Shown in pieces: positions 57,003-64,000 of a DNA stretch of 64,000 nucleotides. Made by a program: the position numbers and the translations under genes. Position 1 is the stretch's first letter, and every line of letters begins with the position of its first letter. This DNA comes from Bacteroidota bacterium (GTDB lineage: Bacteria; Bacteroidota; Ignavibacteria; Palsa-1295). The DNA is taken from contig JAJPIO010000009.1 of the NCBI GenBank assembly GCA_021324735.1, positions 450,510-514,509 on the forward strand, in the 5' to 3' direction. The notes beneath the pieces were generated by a model. The model searched no databases and had not been told where the DNA came from. It saw nothing but the letters and a program-made list of their open reading frames with translations.

Positions 57003-57018
57003 AGTTTGAATTTATGAC

Positions 57019-58377
57019 CTAAAAGTGTTCCACATGATCGGCGAAGACCTGCTTGATCTGTTCTTCCAAATGAGCTTTAAGCGATTTCAAGTCTTCCGTG
57101 GAAGGATGGATGCTCTGCAGGAAGCCTTCGGCTAACCGGCGCTTATGAGCGGCGGATGCATCGGCGACCCCGAGTGTTTCTTTTGCCCACGCGATGAGAG
57201 ATCGCCTTGTTGGAACGCTACCTTCTAATTCCGTGAGCGGCTTCGACATGAGTGTAGGATCGTGGCGGAGTCGCGACAAAGTTTCATCGAGCGTAAGCAG
57301 CGAGGCGAGTTGATCGAATGCGCCGGACACCTGATAAAGCTGGAGCAGCGTTTCGTACGATCTCTGAAAGAGCGCCTTCTCTTCTGCGATACCGGCGGTA
57401 CACAGTAACAAATGCAGTTTCGGAATATCAGACCGCTCTGCATTTAAACGGCCGTGCAATAATGCAATGGCCCGGAGTACATCCAACGACTTCGCCTGGG
57501 TTCGAGGCGAGATATAAAAATCCTTCGTTCGAAGATGCGCTTCATGAGGCCGCTCATGCAGGAGTCGGTTGCGCTGAATCTCATAATGGCGAATTACAAG
57601 ATTCATAAAATAAACAACATCAGGTGTAACCGTCACTTGAGAGCCCTGGAGATCGCCCCGGATCAATCGGCAAGCGTAGACCAAGTCGCTATAGTGCACC
57701 TTCTTGGGTGGCTCGATCGCATTGCCGAGATTCTTTAGATATTGTTGCGATATCTTATACTGGAAAAAGACATCTTTATCCGGATGGATCAGCGCTTTGA
57801 AAAGAAAGCGATCGAGCAGCGCTTCAGTGATCTCCGAAAGTCGAAGATAATTCGTTGCAGCAATAACCGTATGAACGCTCGAGTGTACCCTCTGCACACC
57901 ACGAATCAGTTCTCGTTCGTTCAAGAGCGATAGCAGTGCGCGCAATGTATAGTCATTGGCGTCGAAAATTTCGTCGATAAATCCAAATTCGCTTTCGACA
58001 AGCGATCCTTCCGTGTTATGGATCAAGCGGCCTTGTTTTAGCTCATCGAGAAGCAGGCCGCCAAAGTAGGTATCGGGCTGCTGCTCTTTACTCGCCTGGA
58101 CCTTAAAAGTACGCGCTCCTTCGAACATCCGAAAGATCTGCTCGGCCAGAAGCGTCTTTCCAACGCCTGTTCGACTCTCGAGCAGAACATGCTCGCCGAT
58201 GAGCATTGCCAGAAAGATCTGTTCAACTACCTCCTCACGGTTTACTATGCGCTCCTGAACGAACTCCAATGCTTCATTCAGGTCAACGATGATAGCTGAC
58301 ATATCGCGCGACGCGCCATTCGTCCCGACTGTTGTTCCAGTCACTGCTGCCATTCCTCGGGTCTTGACTTCGGCCAT
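57019..58377 (-). CDS. MoxR/RavA-like AAA+ ATPase
   Basis: LLESRTGVGKTLLAEQI is Walker A. GFIDEIFDA is Walker B. VIAATN is sensor 1. A roughly 150-aa helical C-terminal extension follows. It is first in a four-gene minus-strand operon that ends with the VWA gene. Confidence 0.75.
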   Translation of the reverse strand: MAEVKTRGMAAVTGTTVGTNGASRDMSAIIVDLNEALEFVQERIVNREEVVEQIFLAMLIGEHVLLESRTGVGKTLLAEQIFRMFEGARTFKVQASKEQQPDTYFGGLLLDELKQGRLIHNTEGSLVESEFGFIDEIFDANDYTLRALLSLLNERELIRGVQRVHSSVHTVIAATNYLRLSEITEALLDRFLFKALIHPDKDVFFQYKISQQYLKNLGNAIEPPKKVHYSDLVYACRLIRGDLQGSQVTVTPDVVYFMNLVIRHYEIQRNRLLHERPHEAHLRTKDFYISPRTQAKSLDVLRAIALLHGRLNAERSDIPKLHLLLCTAGIAEEKALFQRSYETLLQLYQVSGAFDQLASLLTLDETLSRLRHDPTLMSKPLTELEGSVPTRRSLIAWAKETLGVADASAAHKRRLAEGFLQSIHPSTEDLKSLKAHLEEQIKQVFADHVEHF

Positions 58378-58457
58378 GGTCTATTATAGGCTCAATCCAG
58401 AATACCTGAGAAAAGCTTGGAAGGGGAGAAAGTTGCGCCGGTCGTTGTTAACCGATC

Positions 58458-58973
58458 ATGCTTGAACTCATACGAACGTATTACGCCTTCAATTCCTGGG
58501 CAACCGAGCAACTTCTCGCCAAATGCTCGGAGCTTTCAGAAGAAGAATACAATGCCCCTGGCTGTAGCGGTCACGGTTCCATTGGGGAGACGCTCTCTCA
58601 TTTGGTACTCGTCCAGCAAGGGTGGGTGGCCTGGTTCGAAGGATCAATGGAAATGAAGGATGCTGTCTCCATTATGGTAAAGGAAAAGCTCAATACCCTT
58701 ACCGCGGTCAACGAGCGATGGGCACTCGTTAAGAAGTTGACCAATAATCTGATAAACTCTCTCACCGAAGAGAAGGTAACCGCCGTTCGACATTTCACCC
58801 GCATGAATGGTAAAGAGGAGTCCCATCCACTATGGAAGTTAATGATGCACACCGCAAATCACGGTACGCACACGCGCGCGCAGATCGTTGCAGCGATTCG
58901 CCGGCTTGGACATAACCCCGGCAATGTCGATCTGCTAAATTTCGTCCTCAACGTCGACACCGCGAATGTGTAG
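58458..58973 (+). CDS. DinB/YfiT-like (DinB_2) four-helix-bundle metalloprotein
   Basis: ...WATEQLL...GETLSHLVLVQQGW... and MHTANHGTHTRAQI with His-rich metal ligands match the DinB-family pattern. Confidence 0.7.
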   Translation: MLELIRTYYAFNSWATEQLLAKCSELSEEEYNAPGCSGHGSIGETLSHLVLVQQGWVAWFEGSMEMKDAVSIMVKEKLNTLTAVNERWALVKKLTNNLINSLTEEKVTAVRHFTRMNGKEESHPLWKLMMHTANHGTHTRAQIVAAIRRLGHNPGNVDLLNFVLNVDTANV

Positions 58974-58993
58974 CTCACTCGCTTCGCCATTAC

Positions 58994-59761
58994 TTGATGT
59001 CAATAGAACTTCTTCTCCTTTGCGTTGCCGCTTTCATTGCGGGCTTCGTCGATGCCGTCGTGGGTGGCGGGGGACTCATCCAAATTCCTGCCGCGATCAT
59101 TCTTTTGCCAGGAATTCCCGTCGCCACGGTGATCGGTACTACCAAGATCCCGTCGTTTTGCGGTACGAGCCTCGCCGCATTACAATACTCGCGGAAGGTC
59201 CGGCTTAATTATAAGCACCTTCTGCTTATGGCCGCGATCGCCAGCGTCATGGCGTTCACTGGCTCTCGCGTACTTACGCTCGTCAGCAATGACTTTATGA
59301 AGCCCTTCTTGCTCGTCGTTTTGACAGCGGTCGCTATTTACACCTACAGTAAAAAGAATTTCGGCGCTCACTCCGAGAAAGACCACACCGAGCTTCAGCA
59401 CTACCTTTACATTATCCTGATAAGCCTCATCATCGGTTTTTACGACGGCTTCGTCGGGCCGGGAAGCGGCAGCTTTCTCATTCTCGTCTTCATCACCTTA
59501 CTCGGATACGATTTCCTTAAAGCGAGTGCCACCGCTAAGTTCGTAAACCTCTCAACGAACATTGGCTCTATCATTCTCTTCTCGATGAGCGGTAAGATCA
59601 TCTACAGCGTTGCGCTTCCCATGGCCGCCTGCAACGCCATGGGCGGATTCCTGGGAGCGCGACTTGCCATACTTCGCGGCAATAAATTCATCCGCATTTT
59701 CTTTCTTTCGGTCGTCGTGCTAATGATCGTCCGTTTTGCGTACGATGTTTTCTGGAAGTAA
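58994..59761 (+). CDS. TauE/SafE-family (DUF81) sulfite/anion exporter
   Basis: Two repeated 4-TM halves with VVGGGGLIQIPAAIILL and GPGSGSFLILVFITLLG (Gly-rich TauE motifs). Confidence 0.85.
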   Translation: MMSIELLLLCVAAFIAGFVDAVVGGGGLIQIPAAIILLPGIPVATVIGTTKIPSFCGTSLAALQYSRKVRLNYKHLLLMAAIASVMAFTGSRVLTLVSNDFMKPFLLVVLTAVAIYTYSKKNFGAHSEKDHTELQHYLYIILISLIIGFYDGFVGPGSGSFLILVFITLLGYDFLKASATAKFVNLSTNIGSIILFSMSGKIIYSVALPMAACNAMGGFLGARLAILRGNKFIRIFFLSVVVLMIVRFAYDVFWK

Positions 59762-59804
59762 CCATACAGCACCAATTGTCTTTGGGGCTTTATGAGCTAT
59801 TCTG

Positions 59805-60671
59805 TTAGCAGCAGCCCTCACAGCCACAGGAGCCTTCCGGTTTTTCGGCGTAGACGGTGATGCTGAAAATCCCGGAGTCCCGAGAGCCGAACTGGGTGGC
59901 ATCTTCCTCGCTCATGTAATTCCGCAGAATGTCCATTGGAATTATGATCGCTTTTTCTTTTTGGAGTGTGATATTCTTAAAGCCGTTCTTCGTAATAAGT
60001 CGAAGATATTCTTCTTTTTGAATTGCACCAGCTACGCAACCGGCATACATTTCCGCATCTTTTTGCAGTGCCTCTGGTAAATCACCAACGAGCACGACGT
60101 CCGAAATGCTGAAATGGCCACCCGGTTTTAGCACGCGAAAGATCTCGGCGAACACCGCATCCTTATTTGGTACCAGATTCAACACGCAATTGCTCACGAC
60201 CACATCAGCGCGATTGGGACCGACCGGCATGTGCTCGATATCGCCCATGCGAAATTCAACGTTATTGAATCCGAGGCGCTCTGCATTATTGCGTGCCTTC
60301 TCGATCATCTCTTCGGTAAAATCGATGCCGATCACCTTACCGGATTCACCCGTTTCGGACCGTGCAACAAAGCAATCATTTCCGGCACCAGAACCGAGAT
60401 CGATCACAGTATCGCCGGATTTGATCTTCGCAAATACAGTGGGGAGGCCGCAGCCAAGGCCAAGGTCAGCACCCGGCTCGTAGCCTTTAATCGTTGAATA
60501 ATCATCGTTCATGATGTTTGCGATCTCGGTCGAGCAGCACCCGGAGCCGCAACAGGACGATGCATTAGTCTCTTTATCTTGCTTTGCTATCTCCGCATAT
60601 TTTTGACGGACGAGTGCTTTCAATTCATCGTCAGTGGAGTATCTCTCGGTCAGTGAAGTAAGTGTTTCCAT
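59805..60671 (-). CDS. arsM: Arsenite S-adenosylmethionine methyltransferase
   Basis: It has Cys pairs near the N-terminus (SSCCGSGCC) and C-terminus (SCGCEGCC), a class I SAM-MTase core (VIDLGSGAGND...GIDFTEEMI), and VLKPGGHF. It sits in an ars context. Confidence 0.85.
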   Translation of the reverse strand: METLTSLTERYSTDDELKALVRQKYAEIAKQDKETNASSCCGSGCCSTEIANIMNDDYSTIKGYEPGADLGLGCGLPTVFAKIKSGDTVIDLGSGAGNDCFVARSETGESGKVIGIDFTEEMIEKARNNAERLGFNNVEFRMGDIEHMPVGPNRADVVVSNCVLNLVPNKDAVFAEIFRVLKPGGHFSISDVVLVGDLPEALQKDAEMYAGCVAGAIQKEEYLRLITKNGFKNITLQKEKAIIIPMDILRNYMSEEDATQFGSRDSGIFSITVYAEKPEGSCGCEGCC

Positions 60672-60730
60672 TGTCGTTTGTAGATTTAATCGTTATTTAA
60701 CGATGGATTGGAGGACCCATAAGCGGGCTG

Positions 60731-61063
60731 TTAGCAGCATTTTGCCGCCAGCTCCTGGTGTTGTTTGAAAAACTCTGCGAGTGCCGTTTCGGCCGCCTTC
60801 CACTCTTTCTCATCGATACAATAACATACGCGCGGACCATCGATCTCGCCTTGGATAAGTCCCGCGTCCTTAAGCTCTTTCAGGTGCTGTGATACAGTGC
60901 TTTGGGAGAGTGGAAGTTCGTCAACGATATCCCCGCATACGCATGCCTGGCGTTGCGAGAGGAGCCGGAGGATGGCAATGCGTGCCGGATGACCGAGCAC
61001 CTTTGCATAACGGGCGATACGGTTATCGCGGACGGTGAATTCATCTGATTTGGTGAGTCCCAT
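60731..61063 (-). CDS. arsR: ArsR/SmtB-family metalloregulator
   Basis: [28 protein letters not shown]...[16 protein letters not shown] has the wHTH and the CVC metal(loid)-binding site. Confidence 0.85.
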   Translation of the reverse strand: MGLTKSDEFTVRDNRIARYAKVLGHPARIAILRLLSQRQACVCGDIVDELPLSQSTVSQHLKELKDAGLIQGEIDGPRVCYCIDEKEWKAAETALAEFFKQHQELAAKCC

Positions 61064-61215
61064 AGGGAATTATACATCGTAATATTACGATTTGTTTCGC
61101 GTGAGCGGTGTACTGGCGATCTCCGATCGCCAAACCCTTTTAAGACGAGCTGGAAGTTGTCGCTTTTAGACTCTTGCTCAGGTGAGGTTCGCGAATAGAA
61201 TACACTATACTAACT

Positions 61216-61653
61216 ATGAAACGAGTTCTCTTTATCTGCATCCATAATAGCGCGCGGAGCCAGATCGCGGAGGCTCTGCTGAAAAGAGAGTGTGGCGATG
61301 CTGTGCATGTCGAAAGTGCCGGGTTAACGCCGGGCACGCTTAATCCGCTTGCGGTCGACGTACTGCGCGAGATCGGGATCGATATAGCTGGCAAACCGAC
61401 GCGTGATGTATTCGAGTTGTATAAGTCGGGTGCAAAATTTACGCACGTGATCACCGTATGCGATCAGGCAAGTGCGGAGCGTTGTCCGATATTTCCGGGT
61501 ACGTTTGGAAAAACGAATTGGAGTTTTGCCGATCCCTCGAAGTTTGAAGGCACATACGAAGAAAAACTCGCACAGACCCGTGAGGTAAGAAACGCGATCG
61601 AGCAAAAAATTCTCGAATGGTGTTCGGTCAATTGCGTCGCCGCTACACACTGA
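61216..61653 (+). CDS. arsC: Arsenate reductase (LMW-PTP / thioredoxin-coupled ArsC type)
   Basis: MKRVLFICIHNSARSQIAEALL is the CX5R P-loop. Additional Cys residues (CDQASAERCP) complete the disulfide cascade. Confidence 0.85.
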   Translation: MKRVLFICIHNSARSQIAEALLKRECGDAVHVESAGLTPGTLNPLAVDVLREIGIDIAGKPTRDVFELYKSGAKFTHVITVCDQASAERCPIFPGTFGKTNWSFADPSKFEGTYEEKLAQTREVRNAIEQKILEWCSVNCVAATH

Positions 61654-61685
61654 CCCATTACATAAATCTACCTATTGAAGCTACA

Positions 61686-62354
61686 TTGAACCGCGCACTC
61701 TCTCAGCGAGTCCTGGCGGAAGCCCTCGGCACATTCGCAATTGTTTTTTTCGGATGCGGAGCGATCATGCTCGCGGACCGGATGCCCGGCGCCATATCGG
61801 TCTCTGCGATACCGGTGGTCTTCGGAGTTGTAGTCGCGGCGATGATCTATGGATTAGGTCACGTATCCGGCGCGCACTTTAATCCGGCAGTGACGCTCAC
61901 GTTCGCCGTCACACGACATTTTCCATTCGCGGAGGTACTTTTTTATTGGGTGGGACAATTCGTGGGCGCCATTGCCGCAAGTGCACTCTTAAGTTACCTC
62001 TTTATTGGTGGCAATACATTTGGTGCGACGGTCCCGCATGTGCCCCAAATGCAAGCGCTGGTGTGGGAAGCAGTGATGACATTTTTTCTCATGCTCGTTA
62101 TTATGGCGGTGGCAACCGATACGCGTGCGGTTGGCACGATGGCCGGCGCTGCGATCGGTGGCGTAGTGATGATCGATGCCTTTATTGGCGGATGGGCAAC
62201 CGGCGCTTCAATGAACCCGGCCCGTTCGTTAGCACCTGCCCTCCTGCAAGGCGCGATGAATTCCGTTTGGATCTACTTTCTCGCGCCGATGGTCGGGGCG
62301 CTGGTTGGGGGAGTGGTGTATAAGATGGTGGGGAGAACTAGCGCATCGACTTAA
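61686..62354 (+). CDS. MIP-family aquaglyceroporin (arsenite channel, AqpS/GlpF-like)
   Basis: It has two NPA boxes (GAHFNPAVTL and SMNPARSL) and six TM helices. The start is taken at in-frame TTG 61686 (NRALSQRVLAEALGTF...). The ORF-track ATG at 61617 would overlap arsC by 37 bp. Confidence 0.8.
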   Translation: MNRALSQRVLAEALGTFAIVFFGCGAIMLADRMPGAISVSAIPVVFGVVVAAMIYGLGHVSGAHFNPAVTLTFAVTRHFPFAEVLFYWVGQFVGAIAASALLSYLFIGGNTFGATVPHVPQMQALVWEAVMTFFLMLVIMAVATDTRAVGTMAGAAIGGVVMIDAFIGGWATGASMNPARSLAPALLQGAMNSVWIYFLAPMVGALVGGVVYKMVGRTSAST

Positions 62355-62390
62355 AATCTGCGTTACGTTCGCCATACCCACCAAGCAGTA

Positions 62391-63755
62391 TTAAGGGTGT
62401 AATGCGAAAACGGTCCTTTTCTTAATCAGCGTCCAAATGCTATCATAGCCGATGATCGCGATGGGAGTTAGCACAGCAAAAATGTAGATCTGATACCGTG
62501 GAATCACGAAAGTAATAAAGGATATCCCACAATAAAAGATAAGAAAGAGAGTATACAGTATGCCTGCATTCCACAACCGAGGATTGCTTCTCCTTCGAAG
62601 AAGATAAGCAATGCCTATTAATGTCGGGAATGTAAGTGCAAGCATGGAAAATGGATAAATAAAGTCGAATGCGTGCGTAGATCTCTCATTAAAGTTAATG
62701 GAGAACGTCAGCAACATGAGGAGTTTACGGCATCCAAGAGCAAGTGTCTGAGAGGGATGCGAGCGGACATATGTTATAGCCTCATGCCTAAAAACACTGT
62801 CGAGTCGAATTACAAAATATTGGTCGTATGGAATGGAATCAGCCGTATGAACAAGTTTTGGAAACAGCCATGGTTTCAGCCATACGACAGTGCCATCGCT
62901 ATTAACTCCGCTGGGTGTTGAAAGTGCATTATTTCCCCGCCAGATTTCATGCCATGGGCGGTCCACTGTTGGGACGAATTTATGGAAAAGCTCGTAGTTT
63001 CGAATGGTCCACGGCCCAATAATGATTAGGGAGCAGACCGCTGCAACGACGGCACGCTTGAAGATATCATTTCGTGATGCGCGCTGAAGTGCCAACATCG
63101 CGGAGGCTGCGAGAATGGTAAAACCTAAGGCGAATAGCTCACTTCGCAAGAGCATAGAAACGCCAGAGATGAAACCGAAAAGAATAAAATTCTTCCAGGA
63201 AGGATCGCGCGATATCCTTAATGCAAAAAGCATGAGAGTTGCGACGACAACAATATAGAGCGGTGATCCAGAAAACGTTGTTACAGAAAAAGCCGCTGGA
63301 ATAAAGAATGCACTGACTATTGCTGTCGATCGGGATAGAGACTCTCCTGCAAATTCCTTTACTGCATAATATTGGATGACGCCGATTAAGGAGTTACAGG
63401 CGGCATAGAACAACATGAGTGCGAGATATGCCTTGGGTCCCTCGCCAAGAAGAAGATAAGCGCCATACATTATGTATGGATTGAGGGGAGGTTGGTAGCT
63501 ACTCTCAAAAACCGGAGGCGATTGCATGATTCGTATTCGTGCCGAATCAAGCGGCTCATAAGGCCAATGCATAGCATAACCGTGTCCAGTGAGTAAGTTA
63601 TGTGCAATTGCACCATGCTCATAGGTTCTTGGATTTTGAAAATTGCCGGCAACGAAGATGACAAGAACGCGAAGAGCAAAAGCTACTGCGAAAATTAACC
63701 AAACAAACTTTACTCTATTCATTGAATAGAGCAATCTTAGGCATTTCTTTATCAT
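62391..63755 (-). CDS. GT39/PMT_2-family (ArnT-like) integral-membrane glycosyltransferase
   Basis: 454 aa with about 11 TM helices. The N-terminal pattern VWLIFAVAFALRVL...G and extracytoplasmic loops resemble ArnT/PMT-type lipid-linked sugar transferases. Confidence 0.6.
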   Translation of the reverse strand: MIKKCLRLLYSMNRVKFVWLIFAVAFALRVLVIFVAGNFQNPRTYEHGAIAHNLLTGHGYAMHWPYEPLDSARIRIMQSPPVFESSYQPPLNPYIMYGAYLLLGEGPKAYLALMLFYAACNSLIGVIQYYAVKEFAGESLSRSTAIVSAFFIPAAFSVTTFSGSPLYIVVVATLMLFALRISRDPSWKNFILFGFISGVSMLLRSELFALGFTILAASAMLALQRASRNDIFKRAVVAAVCSLIIIGPWTIRNYELFHKFVPTVDRPWHEIWRGNNALSTPSGVNSDGTVVWLKPWLFPKLVHTADSIPYDQYFVIRLDSVFRHEAITYVRSHPSQTLALGCRKLLMLLTFSINFNERSTHAFDFIYPFSMLALTFPTLIGIAYLLRRRSNPRLWNAGILYTLFLIFYCGISFITFVIPRYQIYIFAVLTPIAIIGYDSIWTLIKKRTVFALHP

Positions 63756-63775
63756 TATTTCAACGGAATGAGATA

Positions 63776-64000
63776 TTAATCTCTGTCAAATAGATTATAC
63801 TGAAGAATACAGCGAACTGCGCTTATCCCGTCTTTCCAGCTAATCTTTTTGCCTTCTTTATATGTGCGACCATTGTATGAAATACCTACTTCGAAAATGC
63901 GGCAACCTTTTGTGCGAGCGAGCTTGGCCACCTTTGCCGTAATTTCTGGCTCGAAGCCGAAGCGACTCTCTTTGATATCGAATTCGCGAATAACCTCTCT
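63776..64000 (-). CDS. GT2-family glycosyltransferase (polyprenyl-phosphate sugar synthase-like), 3' fragment with the 5' end outside the window
   Basis: The minus-strand translation ...REVIREFDIKESRFGFEPEITAKVAKLARTKGCRIFEVGISYNGRTYKEGKKISWKDGISAVRCILQYNLFDRD* is a typical C-terminal end of DPM1/ArnC-like GT2 enzymes. Confidence 0.6.
   Translation of the reverse strand, partial: REVIREFDIKESRFGFEPEITAKVAKLARTKGCRIFEVGISYNGRTYKEGKKISWKDGISAVRCILQYNLFDRD

Overview
This 64 kb window is a bacterial chromosomal segment of about 50-55 % GC. Gene content points to the FCB group (Bacteroidota, Ignavibacteriota or Rhodothermota-like): several T9SS C-terminal-sorting-domain proteins, a histone H1-like gene, DUF2851, an ORF6N element, and many TTG starts with weak RBS. 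No database search was possible, so every product call rests on motifs read directly from the ORF-track translations.

Most of the window is housekeeping:
- pruA, an FtsB-like gene, a ROK kinase and pyrF
- tRNA-Gly, tRNA-Arg and tRNA-His
- gltX, cyaY, uvrA, pyrB-pyrC and fur
- an FMN-bind/ApbE flavinylation module
- a HIT-GHMP kinase-histidine phosphatase cassette and, separately, gmhA
- dapD, an mlaD-like gene and a second uvrA paralog
- a translationally coupled lpxB-DUF374-lpxK-GATase-HMT cluster
- a prolyl oligopeptidase, pfkA, recF and dnaN
- a MoxR-like AAA+ / VWA operon
- an ars cluster (arsR-arsM divergent from arsC-aquaglyceroporin)
- GT39 and GT2 glycosyltransferases

The most unusual part is an accessory island at about 23.3-28.4 kb that sits among heptose-pathway genes. 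It is made of four pieces.
1. An ORF6N (KilA-N-like) pseudogene carrying two in-frame stops and a homopolymer frameshift.
2. A low-GC two-gene operon on the minus strand. Gene A is a 333-aa helical protein of unknown function with a possible HEPN-like Rx5H motif. Gene B is a 305-aa protein with an N-terminal CxxC...CxxC zinc ribbon and a C-terminal nucleoside 2-deoxyribosyltransferase/SLOG-like domain that has a conserved catalytic Glu. I read this pair as a candidate, apparently undescribed, nucleotide-targeting conflict/defense system.
3. A DUF4258/DUF2283 toxin-antitoxin pair.
4. Two clusters of 22-bp self-complementary REP-like hairpin repeats bracketing that TA pair.

Other observations of note:
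- PruA carries a lysine-rich histone-like tail.
- The two tRNA genes sit in duplicated leader modules.
- Perfect palindromic operator candidates lie upstream of fur and arsR.
- The MoxR-VWA operon has an embedded membrane phosphoesterase and a beta-barrel OMP.
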